The notes under the pieces are model-generated. The model was not told the DNA's origin and did no database searches. It was given only the letters and a program-made list of their open reading frames with translations. A DNA stretch of 63,043 nt, counting the filler, from Octopus bimaculoides (taxonomy: Eukaryota): the NCBI RefSeq assembly GCF_001194135.2. It is 8 parts of 7 records of this genome, joined end to end, with 100 filler letters (N's around TTAATTAATTAA, not from the genome) between each part and the next. Parts side by side here need not be neighbours in the genome. Positions count along the whole stretch, not along the records: positions 3,637 to 19,200 come from NC_069003.1; positions 19,301 to 25,144 come from NC_068985.1; 6 more parts are not named here. One strand, written 5' to 3'. Shown one piece after another: positions 13,097 through 25,244 of this stretch. A program made the position numbers and the translations under genes. Positions within the stretch are counted from its first letter, which is position 1; every line of letters begins with the position of its first letter.

Positions 13097-13405
13097 AAAT
13101 CATATGATTTGCAGCTGAGACGACTTCCAAGTTACATTCCCTCGCTGTCGGTACACTGTATATTTATTATGGTAATTTTGACCTTTAACAGTCCCTCATA
13201 GCGTGAGGCATTCACGTGTATTAATGCCCTTAATATATATATGTGTGTATATATAATATTAAGGGCATTACTACACGTAAATACCTCACGCTATGAGAGA
13301 CTCCTTAAATTAAAAACTACCATAATAAATAGTGTACCGACAGCGAGGGAATGCAACTTGGACGTCATCTCTTAAAAACAGATTCAGCCGTAAATCATAT
13401 GATTT
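13097..13405. mobile_element. Fold-back (palindromic) MITE-like element
   Basis: Imperfect inverted arms of about 140 bp around a TA/TG spacer; both ends are the 14-bp palindrome AAATCATATGATTT. Confidence 0.85.
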
Positions 13406-13439
13406 AATAGTTAGTGTACATAATCCACTTTCTAATCGT

Positions 13440-14110
13440 CAATACAGGCATAATCAAGACACATAAAAATGAACAAAATTCAACATACCAGACGAACATA
13501 TGGTGTCATTTTGATTCCTAGAATACGATAAACTGAATCATGGACGCGTGTTCAACGCAAATTTCGGAAAACGTTTACCAAGCAGGCATCAGACAGACAT
13601 TCCATTCTGAATTGGCAAGCAAAATTTAAGGAGAGGAGTGTTTGTGCCCGGCAAAGAGAACAGGACGCCCTTGTGCAAAATACATGGCGAATAGGATTAT
13701 TAGTGTCTTTCAACTGTTGAACCAATTGCAGTTTGTACGGTGTGAACTGCAGCCGTCTCTTTAAGATGTGCCAAGCAGTTGTTGATGGGAGCTGAAGTTC
13801 TCAACTGGCTATTCTGTCTGATTTTGGGAGGACTGCGCTGGAAGGCTTGCCGAATTTGTTCAACCGTACCATCTGAAGTTGAAGAGCGTCCTGTTCTCTT
13901 TGCCGGGTACAAACACCCCTCCTCCTTAAATTATGCATGCCAGCTCAAAATGGAACACGTCTGTCTGGTACCTGCTGAGTGAACGTTGTACGAAATTTGC
14001 GTTGAACACGTGTCTATGATTCAGTTTTAGCGTATTCTAGGACGCAAATTACTCCTCTTGTTTTGTGAATGACATTATTGGATCTGAAGAGAGACAAAAA
14101 AAACAGACTC
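13440..14110. mobile_element. Two convergent 5' fragments of a mariner-type transposase gene
   Basis: 13517-13668 (+) is an imperfect reverse complement of 13886-14041; the minus frame gives VQRKFRT..AKRTGRSSTS..IRQAFQRSP. Confidence 0.8.
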
Positions 14111-15170
14111 TGCTTTTCCGTTCTGTTTCTTTTCTCTCCGCAAACTGTAGCAGTCCCGCCGCCTGTGTCCACGTCTCCCACAGTGCCAACAACACACACC
14201 AGTCGTCTCTTCATTCCGCTCACAAAGTTTACGACTGTTTCCAATTCCTTCAGCTTCACGGACTTTTCCTCTCTTTGCCTTGAATCCGGAGCTGTCACTC
14301 ACCCGGAAATTTCCGGTACTCGATTTGACATAGAACTCGAACTCCAGCGCCCTAGCCAGCGCTTCCTGCATTGTACCTGGCCGCGTCTGTTTCACCTGGA
14401 NNNNNNNNNNNNNNNNNNNNNNNNNNNNNNNNNNNNNNNNNNNNNNNNNNNNNNNNNNNNNNNNNNNNNNNNNNNNNNNNNNNNNNNNNNNNNNNNNNNN
14501 NNNNNNNNNNNNNNNNNNNNNNNNNNNNNNNNNNNNNNNNNNNNNNNNNNNNNNNNNGTGCCCTGTACACTTCGCTCTGGCACATAGTTCCATACTTCCT
14601 CTCGAGAACTTCAACTAGCGCCGAGTATCGATTCCTGTCTGCTTTCGACAGCTGGCCCAGCACCTCCAGTGCAGGACCCTTCAGACTAGTGGCAAGCTGA
14701 ACGGCTCTTTGCCTCTCGTCCCAGTCGTTTTGGTCGGCCAACATCTCAAACTGGATTCGGTAGGCCTCCCAAGACACCTTTCCATCGAACTCCTGTGGCT
14801 TCTTCCTAATCAGAACCGCACCGCTATTTTGAACTCCAGGAGACCCGCATTCAGACGTCGGAGCATCACGAGATGACGCAGCAACAGCAACTACTTCGGG
14901 TTTAGCAACCCCAGGCTCGGCAACACAAAATTTCTCAACGCGCTCCATCCTCTCGTTAAGCCTTTCCATCTGCTGTTTGCACCATGCGACATAACTACTC
15001 AATCCGCGGAACTCCTCCTTAAATTGCCGGTGATCCTCCCGCAACCTCTGTTGCTCTTTCCTGAGTTCAGCGAAGCTCTCTTTCTGCTCTTCCAGCATTC
15101 TCACAATCATTGCCAGGGATATTTCCTCCTTCGCTGCCTGGCCCTTCGTACGTGCACCTTCCGAAGCCAT
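14075..15170 (-). CDS. gag: Ty3/gypsy Gag (coiled coil, capsid PQEFDGKVSWEAY, CCHC knuckle), split by an assembly gap
   Basis: ORFs 14352-15179 and 14075-14614; CWHCGRRGHRRRDC knuckle; a PBS and LTR lie upstream. Confidence 0.88.
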
Positions 15171-15199
15171 AACGAACAACTAACTCACTGCAGAAATTT

Positions 15200-15217
15200 A
15201 TCCCACTTCTTACACCA
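15200..15217 (-). promoter_or_regulatory. Primer-binding site TGGTGTAAGAAGTGGGAT (tRNA-Leu-like)
   Basis: 2 nt from the LTR CA terminus at 15220; plus strand reads ATCCCACTTCTTACACCA, a tRNA-like 3' end ending in CCA. Confidence 0.8.
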
Positions 15218-15219
15218 GT

Positions 15220-16265
15220 TGTTACGAACGCCCGCGCGGAGCACCTCAACGAAGAGAAAACTCGCGCGCGCGAACGTAGATGCTCAGTGAGTCGGGATAT
15301 CCGCCACGACTAAGCCCGGCCGGAAAGCACGTAACGATGACAACAGGCAAGGAAGAAATAACACGGACCATGCGTTGCGTAGTGAAACTAACTTTTTTTC
15401 TTTACATCACAATACAAAACAACATTGCATAACATAGTACTTGCTTCTGTAATAACATGTAACAATAGTTTCCAAGCATTTAACAAAGGTTTTCAATCAT
15501 TACATAATCAAAAGTTTACAATCAAAGTTCGTGTGTCAAGAGTCAATTACAAGTTCTTTTTGTTTCTTTTGTTAACAAAAGTTCTTTCTTTTCTTTCTTT
15601 TCAACCAGTTAACATCACAATTAACAAGAGTTAACGAAGTTGTTTTTCTTTTAAAACATGTAACAACAAAGTACATTTTTTTTTAAAGAATATTTAAATA
15701 AACATTTACCGTAACCAATTCAAATCTCCCACTACAGTGACAAGAACTGACCTACTACAATCTTTTGCCTGCCACAGTTCCATCTCTCTGTCCCTCTCTC
15801 TGATTGCTTCAGTCCCTATCTGCTGACTGGTACCTTCTGTCCATAGCCTGTCTCTCTTAGCCTCTTTCTGTCAGCCTCTTTGTTCATCTTGCTTCTCTAC
15901 TGGCTGCTGGCCTTCACACCGGCTCGCGTTCTTCATCCACTGACCGCCTTGATACCAACTGCTCTGTCCATCTGGTTGCTGTGTTTACATCAATTCCGTT
16001 TACACCAACTGCGATTCCCAAACCTATGCTCCCGTATTTATAACAGATAAACATAGCTTACAGTGCTACGATACCCCTTCCAAAGCTGGGTCAGTTTAGT
16101 ACAGTTCCTAACTTGTTTTTCTAAACTTTCGATGACCAGAAAGGGTCAGCGATCACACTCCTACGCTAAAGATAACTGTGCTTGTTGACAGGACAAAGGA
16201 AATACTATTGTCCCGAACAACTAGCAAACGGTTTCAAACACAGCTCGGGGAATAGGGACATAACG
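15220..16265 (-). mobile_element. 5' LTR of the gypsy element (outer boundary uncertain)
   Basis: Inner end ...GTAACA next to the PBS; candidate outer ends near 15464 or 16265; TATAAATA on the minus strand near 16040. Confidence 0.5.
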
Positions 16266-16434
16266 TTATTTTGTTTTTCGGNNNNNNNNNNNNNNNNNNN
16301 NNNNNNNNNNNNNNNNNNNNNNNNNNNNNNNNNNNNNNNNNNNNNNNNNNNNNNNNNNNNNNNNNNNNNNNNNNNNNNNNNNNNNNNNNNNNNNNNNNNN
16401 NNNNNNNNNNNNNNNNNNNNNNNNNNNNNNNNNN

Positions 16435-16600
16435 AAAAAAAAACAACAGACGAAGACAGGTGGTGTAAACAACAAATGGATGTATTAGTTTAATGCTCGG
16501 GAATAGAGAAAGTCTTTGACGTTTCGAGCCTACGCTCTTCAACTGAAAGGAACACGGAAAGAAACAAGGAGAGAAACAAGGAGAGAAACAAGGAGAAAAT
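16435..16600 (-). mobile_element. Penelope-type terminal repeat (family F) with HHR-like core
   Basis: Minus: TTGAAGAGCGTAGGCTCGAAACGTCAAAGAC; near-identical to 41130-41249 (+). Confidence 0.7.
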
Positions 16601-16650
16601 ATATATATATAAATGTAGTGGTCAGCGATCTATCATGGCGAATATATATA

Positions 16651-17175
16651 CAGGGTGTCCACAAAGTCTGGGTACATGGGGGTTAACACATACTTTTAAA
16701 ACAAAACAATTTTATTTAATTGTAATGTTAATAAATAATATTTTCGAAATGATTTCCATCATTTTCAATGCACCTTGCAAAATTCAGGTGAACTCGATTA
16801 AATAAACCTACATTGCCATCAATTTCAGTACACTGACTGGTAATGCTTTCTCTCGTGTGGTTTAAATCTGTAATCTTTATTGAGTAAACTTTGTCTTTCA
16901 ACATACCCCAGAAAAGGAAGTCAAGGGGAGAAATGTCTGGTGAACGAGGGGACCATTCCACATGACCCCTTCTTCCAATCCAGTGAGGAAAAGTGTCATT
17001 AAGCACTGGGTATCATTAAGATCTGGGTAGAAAAAATAACATAAATTTAGAAAAGTAAAGTACTATTTTATTTAATTTAAACAAAAGTAAAAAAGGAAAA
17101 TCATTATTTCTTATATTTAATTGTTTATGTAATGATTTTATTTACTTCATGTACCCAGACTTTGTGGACACCCTG
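16651..17175 (-). mobile_element. Non-autonomous mariner deletion derivative (525 bp)
   Basis: Perfect 28-bp TIRs CAGGGTGTCCACAAAGTCTGGGTACATG with TA TSD; internal WIGRRGHVEWSPRSPDISPLDFLFWG transposase C-terminus. Confidence 0.95.
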
Positions 17176-17892
17176 TATATATGGAAACAATAAAGTATTG
17201 GAAGTATAACCACTGGGGTTAAAAAAAATTATATTATAATTCCATGATTTTGAGTTCAGTATCAGTTTTCGGGTGTGTATTTTACAATGCATTCCGGAGT
17301 CAACCAAAGAAAGAATCTTGTAAAATTGTTAGATGAAAATCTTAAATAAAATGTTCGTTAGATTGATTCGCGTGTATATGTGCTCGCGTGTGTGTGTAAG
17401 TGTGTGTATGTGCGTAAGTGTGCGTGAATCTATGTGTGTGTATATCACCAAGGAATACCAAGAGACAATACGCCGGACAGAAATACTTTGATATGTTTGC
17501 GTTTCATCTCAGTTATGTCCCTTTTTGCCTAAGTCGACTTTGGCATTCCTCATTAAGAGTTTAATAAAATAATTACCAGACGAAAATAAATAACCTCATA
17601 TAATTTACTAAATCTCTCGAACACGCTGTTCCAGCTTTCCCGCAGTCCTGTGACAGAAGCCAATCAAAAGACAAGAAATATATGATATATTATAAATACA
17701 TAAACAGGAAAAAAGTAATTGAAATATATTTAATAAATATTTCTGACATGAATTTTCGAAATAAAATTAGAAGAAAAATATATCTCCTTTTAAAATAACA
17801 AAATATAAATTGAAGGAAAAAGAAAAAATATATTTATTAAAATACAACTCTAATGTTTTAAAAAGTATTTTAAAAATTACAGTTGAAAATTG

Positions 17893-17998
17893 TATGTATG
17901 TATATATGTGTGTATGTATGTATGTATGTATGCATGCGTGCGTGCATGCATGCATGTGTGTATGTATGTATGTATGTATGTATGTATGTATGTATGTA
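17893..17998. repeat. (TATG)n microsatellite
   Basis: Directly visible. Confidence 0.97.
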
Positions 17999-19300
17999 TT
18001 ATAGAATTCATTTAAACATTAAGAAAACATTTCTAAAAATACAAGAGAAAAAGATATATAGCAAATAACATAAAAATCTTTGAAAAATATACAAAAATAT
18101 GGCAGTTGAGAAAGATAAGCATATAAGATAAAATATAGTTGAAATAAGAAAATATAAAATACAGTGTTATTAAGAATGACAAAGCTATATAATTAAAATA
18201 TAATTAAAATCGAAAAAAATGTAGTTAAGAACGACGACAATGTATTTAAAAAATAATACAGTTAAAATGAAATAAATATAAAATCAGATGAGGAATTTGA
18301 AACGTATAATAAAGATAGAACAAAAAAGGAAAAATATAAAATGTGATATATATAAAAAAATATAAAACAATGCGATATATATCATACATATGTGTGTATA
18401 TATGTGTATATATGTATCTATGTGTGTGTATATACGTATATATATATATTTATATNNNNNNNNNNATACACACACAGTCACACACACACAAATATCAGGA
18501 GTAAAGGTATGAGGCAAGGAGGAGACAAACAAGAACAAGAAGGCAAACGTGAAAAAAACAAGGATCTCCGAAATGTACAATGAAAATAAATACACCAATG
18601 GAAGAAACAGAAGACAAGCAAACACATTGGAGTGTCTTCTTTCTCAAACAGAGGAAACAGAATGAAAAGTATTTAGAGAAGAAAGGAAAGAAGAAAAGTG
18701 TAAAATACTTAATTTTCGTCGTCTGTTTGCATAGCAGGTCTAGTTTAAGATGGAAGATATTGAGCAGGATAGAAGAACAAGATAGCGAAACATAATCCGG
18801 ATCAAACTCAATCCGGGGTAAGAGGGATGGAGAGAGAGAGCGAGAAAAGTAGAGAGTAAGTAGGGAAGGTGAGAAAGCAAGAAATAAAAGGGAACGAGAA
18901 AATAGAAGAGAAGGAACTTGCGGGCGAGTCTAGTAGAAGAGGAATGGAGAGCTCACGATACTTGTGTTTATGTCAGCATATGTAAAATACTCCCAATCAA
19001 CATTTGCCGTAATACTGTTTGGATTTACCTTGGATTTTACCTATGTTTTTATTTTTATTTTATTATATTTTTTTTGCTCCATATTTTTATCCTTCTGACC
19101 AATCCTTTCCCCACGGCTTATTTTTTCTGGAACTTATTCTATCGGTCCCTTTTTCCGAACCGCTAAGTTATGGGGATGTAAACACACCAACATCGGTTTT
19201 NNNNNNNNNNNNNNNNNNNNNNNNNNNNNNNNNNNNNNNNNNNNTTAATTAATTAANNNNNNNNNNNNNNNNNNNNNNNNNNNNNNNNNNNNNNNNNNNN

Positions 19301-19333
<33 letters not shown>

Positions 19334-20109
19334 CTTCACGCGCGTACGCACAGATTTGACTTCGCCATGTCAACAAACTTCAAAATTAGTAAAAGTTTAT
19401 CGATTTTTACAGCTATACGCGGGTGCCTCAGAGAAAAAATTCGCTAAAATGCACATAAAGTCATGACACATCACCTCCTAAAATTGGAGCGACATGCGTG
19501 CTAATTTGTGGACGTGCATAAACCACATTCACGTACACACACACACACACACAAACAACTTCTGTTTTATAGATATTGATATATGCATATTTGTGCATTA
19601 TACATACACATATCTGTGAATCTGTCCACATATATGTGTATGTGTGAGTGGGTGTCTTTATGGAGATGTTTACTTTGTGTGTGCGTGTGTGTGTGTGTGT
19701 TTGTGTAGGTGAGTGTTTATGTCTGTGTTTTAAATCTTTCTCTCTCCTTTTTCATGCTTCTCTAACTCATAAAACATGTTCTTGCCCCAGTTTCCACAAT
19801 ACAATCAAGAGCGACAAACTCACGACACCTTTGATTGAAAGTGCTCGGGTAACCGAATATGGACCGCTCTCCTTTCTTTCTTTCTTTCTTTCTTTCTTTC
19901 TCTCCTTCCCTCTCTTTCTCTCCCTCCCTTTCACTTTGTCTTCTCCTACTATAGCCACCAGCCATAGCAGTGTTGCTACTGTCACCATAAACACCAATAC
20001 CACTATTGTAAATGCAACCATGATCATGATCATCATCATCATCATCAAAAACACCACCACCAAAAACATCGCCCAATGTACAAACGACGGGACTGCTTTC
20101 AGGTCACTT

Positions 20110-20525
20110 AATTAACCTGAAATAGCAGCCAAATCTCTTTCAAACGGTTCGCTATTGTCTTTAAAAACAGTGAAGTTTTAAGTTCGCATAAAAGAATATT
20201 CTAGCAGCCTCGTAAAGATGAGATGAATTTCACCGGCTGGAATAAACTTGATTGTAAGTCTGCTGAATCATGTTTGAAGAAGACCCCAGCAACAACGAAA
20301 CCGGCTAGTAGGTCTCTAGTTGGTTGCTCAACCTGCTAGAAATAGCAGCCAAGTCAACCTCAAAGCGCAGCCTACTCTCTTTTAAAGAGGGTAAATTAAA
20401 TAAGATAGTTCTACATTTCTATATTGTGTTTTTAAAATACAAGATGGAGAGGTCACGGTTGAAATATCTTTGGTCACGGATTTTCTCGTACTCTCAGAGT
20501 TGACCTAGAGCTAAGCAACAGTAGC
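20110..20525 (+). repeat. Dispersed repeat family E (CTAGAAATAGCAGCCAAATCTC core), two adjacent copies
   Basis: The core recurs at about 3640(-), 4645, 5790, 8880, 20120, 20337, 53455, 57915(-) and 58415. Confidence 0.75.
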
Positions 20526-20589
20526 AATTGCAGGTGTAGGGGTCTCTAGATGTTAGGTCGTGTTGCTTGAAATAGCAGGTAAGCATCTA

Positions 20590-21100
20590 TAAAATTAATG
20601 TGTTGTCAAATAAATCCGTTCGTGCTTTTTCAATTCCATTTATTTTTATCCTTATTTTTTCTTCAACAATATTAGGAAATCAGTCAATAATATATTCTAC
20701 TTCATTGCTCACGATCTCTTGCAAACGTTCCACCAGCTTCTCAGTGCTTTGGCTGTAGAAACCATCAAGTCTTGTGCCGAAGAGTTCACCTTGCCACTTT
20801 CTCACCTCCACGTCGTTTTGAACGGAACACCTTGCAGACTGTTGGAGAGCGACCGAAAAAGGTAATCTGAAGGCACTATATGGGGAAATACGGCGGGAGC
20901 GGTAGACCTTCACAGCTAAGCTCTTGAATAGCATGTCTGGTGGTCAAATTAACGACGAGGAGGACGAGCGTTTCATGTTGATAAAGCACGCTGAGACACC
21001 GGCCGAGCTGTTTCAGCTGGATCTTCTCGATGAGCCACGCATTGACGAAAAGTAAAACTCTGCATTGACCGTGTGATTGTTTAAAGCATTTCATAATGAA
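20590..21100 (-). mobile_element. mariner (DD34D-type) transposase C-terminal remnant
   Basis: TRHAIQELSCEGLPLPPYFP (cf. HPPYSPDL) and DGFYSQSTEKLVERLQEIVSNEVEYIID. Confidence 0.85.
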
Positions 21101-21149
21101 TTAACCCTTCTAATCCCATCAAATGCAGATCAAGCAGCTCTGGCTCGGC

Positions 21150-21740
21150 TTGTTTAATCTTTATAGACAGAAGGTATATGAGCAGTTCCCATGTGCACTG
21201 TCTTTTGAATTTCTACCATTTTGGGGTTTTCTGGTATTTGAGCTAGGAAAGAATCAGCCCTTTTTGCTATCATTCCTAGGGCACGTATGACAACTGGCAT
21301 TGTTTTAGTCTTCAGGTTCCACATTTTGCTAATTTCAGAGTAGATCCATTCAGTCTCACCAGTCTTGCCATTGTCGACTACCTTTTTTTCATACACACTA
21401 GAAAGCAGCGCCTCGCTCTCTACTCTCGCCTTCCTCTTCAAATGATGTTTGAAGAAATTGATGAGGGCTTGACCAGATTATTATGTGCGTGTCTTCAAAC
21501 CTTTCAGACGGGTCCACCACACAGCCTGTCTTGTCACAGCAACTAAGCAGAGAAAGATCTGCCTTCCCTTCTCTGCTAAAGCAAGGAGGTGCGTCAATAT
21601 TCACTATACACTCAGCAGACAGCTGAATTCATCTTGCACGCAACAACAGCGGCTCCACACAATCCCACAACTCTCTAATTCATGGATTCTGAATTATTGC
21701 ATGCAGGACGGTTTCGTCCTTTTGCAAGAGTCGCGGGTAG
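21150..21740 (-). mobile_element. Older R4/Dong-like LINE remnant
   Basis: EISKMWNLKTKTMPVVIRALGMI...EIQKTVHMGTAHI, homologous to 3205-3536. Confidence 0.75.
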
Positions 21741-21744
21741 GTTC

Positions 21745-22024
21745 AGCTGTTGGCACTTCCATGCCTGAAGAACTTTCTCGAGGTCGACTTTGCTTTTCAT
21801 CCTTTCGGAGTCGATAAATTAAGTACCAGATGCGTAATTGGGTCGATCTAATCGACTGGCTCCCTCTGCAAAAATTTCGGGCATTGTGCCTAGAGTGGAA
21901 CAGTATCACTCCTTGCTTGATGTTAACGCCACATGTTTTTGTAAATTTTTTTTTTTTTTTGCTGTAACTCACCCTGGGTCTAAGGCCTCCATGCCTTAGA
22001 CCCTTGTGGCCAATAAAAGAAATC
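21745..22024 (+). mobile_element. 5'-truncated SINE family A followed by a hairpin-containing tail
   Basis: GAGGTCGACTTTGCTTTTCATCCTTTCGGAGTCGATAAATTAAGTACCAG; perfect 11-bp stem at 21976-22003, then (TTA)n. Confidence 0.75.
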
Positions 22025-22025
22025 A

Positions 22026-22077
<52 letters not shown>

Positions 22078-22080
<3 letters not shown>

Positions 22081-22290
22081 GGCGGAGAGCTGGGAGAATT
22101 GTTAGCATGTCGGACAAAATGTTTAGGGCATTCCTTCCCGCGATAATTCTAATCCCAAATTCCGCTGAGGTCGACTTTGATTTCTCTCCTATCGGGGTTG
22201 ATAAAATAAAGTGCCAGTCATGTACTGAGTCGATGTGACTGACTTACTACTCCCCCAAATTTCAGACCTTATACCTATATTAAAAACATT
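22078..22290 (+). mobile_element. SINE family A
   Basis: AAGGCGGAGAGCTGG head and core. Confidence 0.8.
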
Positions 22291-22464
22291 TACTTTCTTC
22301 ATTATTTTTTAAACGTGTCATTGTTTATCCCACACCGCTGAAATCAAATCTAAATAGATAGTGGAATTAAAGGAGTGACAATGAAAAAACTAACGATCTA
22401 AATAATTCAGTTCTCGATTTTTTTCCTTTTATTCACTCATTGGGGTACAGTCTAGTTTAGACGC

Positions 22465-22700
22465 TGCCGTGAAGGTTTCAAATCACCCCTTGTACTACCT
22501 TTTTTTTAAGCCTGGAGGCTGCTCTATTCGGCTCTTTTACTGAGCTAAGGTACGAAGATATAAACACACCAGCACCGGTTTTCAATGAGTGGAGAGACAA
22601 CAAACACAAGGACATATACATACATACATACATACATATATACATACATACACACAGACAGGCAAACACGCAGGCAGACAGACAGAGACAGACAGACACA
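22465..22700 (-). mobile_element. SINE family B, degraded partial
   Basis: TAAACACACCAGCACCGGTT..., matches family B. Confidence 0.65.
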
Positions 22701-25244
22701 GACACACATATACACAAACACATACACACTCACACGCACGCATCCCCACACACACACTGATATATATGAGATCTAAAGCAATTTTTATGCACTACTTACT
22801 TATTCTTACCTGACTAGCCATGTATTTAATTTGCTGAGAGCAAGTAATTACCTATGCCACTCGAGTGGAAAAAATATAATAAATAGCTGCGTTGCAAAAA
22901 ATTATTAACGAACTTTCTTATGGACATTTATATTTTTCATTGATATGCAAATTTCTTTTGAAAATCAAAACCAGTTAAATAACCAGTTTGTGTCTGAAAC
23001 TTGTATCTTAAATTGTACTTCAAAATATGATAGAAATTAAATTTAGAATATCTCATAGAAATTCATAATGAACTAAACAATATCCGTGACTTATGCGTGT
23101 TACCACCCGACGGATTTCAGTATAGCTGACCCATTTAACACTGATTACACTTGATAGGGAGAAGAAATATTAATGCATTTAGAAAGGTAAAGATATGTGA
23201 AAGTAAATATAAGGGTACATACGAGGCATACTCTTACGGTTTTCAGACTTTTTCAGGAGTGACATTGCATCATTGTATCAACCAGACTATCAGATGTAGT
23301 TATGCACCAGTGGTACATACTTTAATCTAAGTATACTTTCATATACTTAGATTAAATGCCCAGTATCATTCTCCTTCTAAAGGACTAATGTGAACCGACA
23401 CACAGAAAAGTTCTCGGACTTTTGTTAAATCTATATTAATCGTTTACACTGAAGCTGAGTTTGCAATTAATTTCTGATACTGATCGTAAATATTTATCGA
23501 TTGTTGTTTAGCCTCGGGCTATGACATCCATCAAACTCGAACAGATTACAGAACAATACCTTATGGTTTCGGACGCGTCCTTCAGAAGACATGATACCGG
23601 CGTTTCATAATAATGAGGCCTACTGTTTAACTCTCATCCTCTAGTATGCCTTTTATAAACTTGTACTTATCCATTTCTCTTTGCAATAGCTGCTCTATGG
23701 AGCGTTTTGCTCCTTAGTATTTGTTTTAAAAGATCATTATCAGCAGATTGACGATTGATAATATCTTTAGTGTTAACATTTTACATTGTAAATCTTAGAA
23801 GTTCGAGAGAAGGTTAAAATGTAATTATTCAGGTTACACTAGTAATAGTTTCTTTGAAAGCGGTTCTACGTAGGATTTGCAATTTAGAGGCATATTTGTG
23901 TGTTCAAACTGCATCTATACTCATATCTGTATTGATATATACTTACTGTGACATATACACGTAGACTTTATTCTATACCCGGGTCGTATTGCTTAAAAAT
24001 TGTGCATGCAACTGAAATGTAATTCGAATATTTTATGTTAAATTTCAGCACTGTTAAATGTGTACTCCTCGTAGTAATTAATATTTTATTGCTATCGCTC
24101 CGCCCAAACCGATTTATTCAACTTAACAGCAATAAAAATAATTTAATGTTCCTCTCAATGTTAAGAGTCAACATATCAATCACCTCATGTCAGTTTTAAT
24201 GGGTTCCTATTGATATTTTACATTTCAAAACTAAATATTCCAAGAAATTTTCTGTTATAAGGAGTTGGCTCCCAAGGGAAGAATTTCACTCAGCCATTGA
24301 TTTCCTCCACATCAACTCCCAATTTTCTTGGCACATCTGTCATCGTTGAGTACCGAAATCTACCTCTCTCTGTTTGTTCTTTTTTATATATATATAATAC
24401 GCCACACGTATTTGAACTCCGCCTCTTTCCACACCAATCATTCCAAACATTCCATTCTATACTCACGATTACTACGCCTTCACATACACCTTAGCCACGA
24501 TCACAACTCTGACACCCAAAGTTATATGATACCCCTCCAATAATGCATCGTGTCTACACCACAATAAATCTTACTAGCCTTGACTCCGTTCTTATACTGT
24601 TGATCATATTTTAGCTATAATGACCCTTGTCCATTTGAAATTCCCTCTCATATTTTATCTTAACACTTAACATCTTCAGCGTCCAACCAGCCCATTTTGC
24701 ACATTTTTTTCCTCGGGACACCACTATTTTTCTTATATTACATAAATGCGTCCTCTTCTCCTTAAATCCAGCCCCTAATTTACGAGACATCAAACACTCT
24801 CACACCAAATACATCTTTACCCTGCCCTCAGATCTGCTGTAACAGATGCCATGACGTCCACGCAAACAACACGATTTGACCCATCCAATGTACCCTCCTA
24901 TCGCAGACCATTTCACTTACACCACTTCACTTTATATAAGCACACACAGACTCACCACCCTGAATTGTACACTACTCCTCACAAACACAGATATAGGATT
25001 ACCTACTCTACATTCCTCAACCCCTCACACAATCAGTACATACATACATACAGGGGCCTGAAAGACCTTAATCTCACATAATTTCCTGTCATGCACTCGA
25101 ATATATTTGTACGTAGATATATGTCTACATATGTATGTATGTATNNNNNNNNNNNNNNNNNNNNNNNNNNNNNNNNNNNNNNNNNNNNTTAATTAATTAA
25201 NNNNNNNNNNNNNNNNNNNNNNNNNNNNNNNNNNNNNNNNNNNN

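Noticed and set aside
24300-24900. Possible degraded RTE fragment on the minus strand (also 33110-33780 on plus)
   Set aside because: Only faint motif resemblance; too decayed to support by eye
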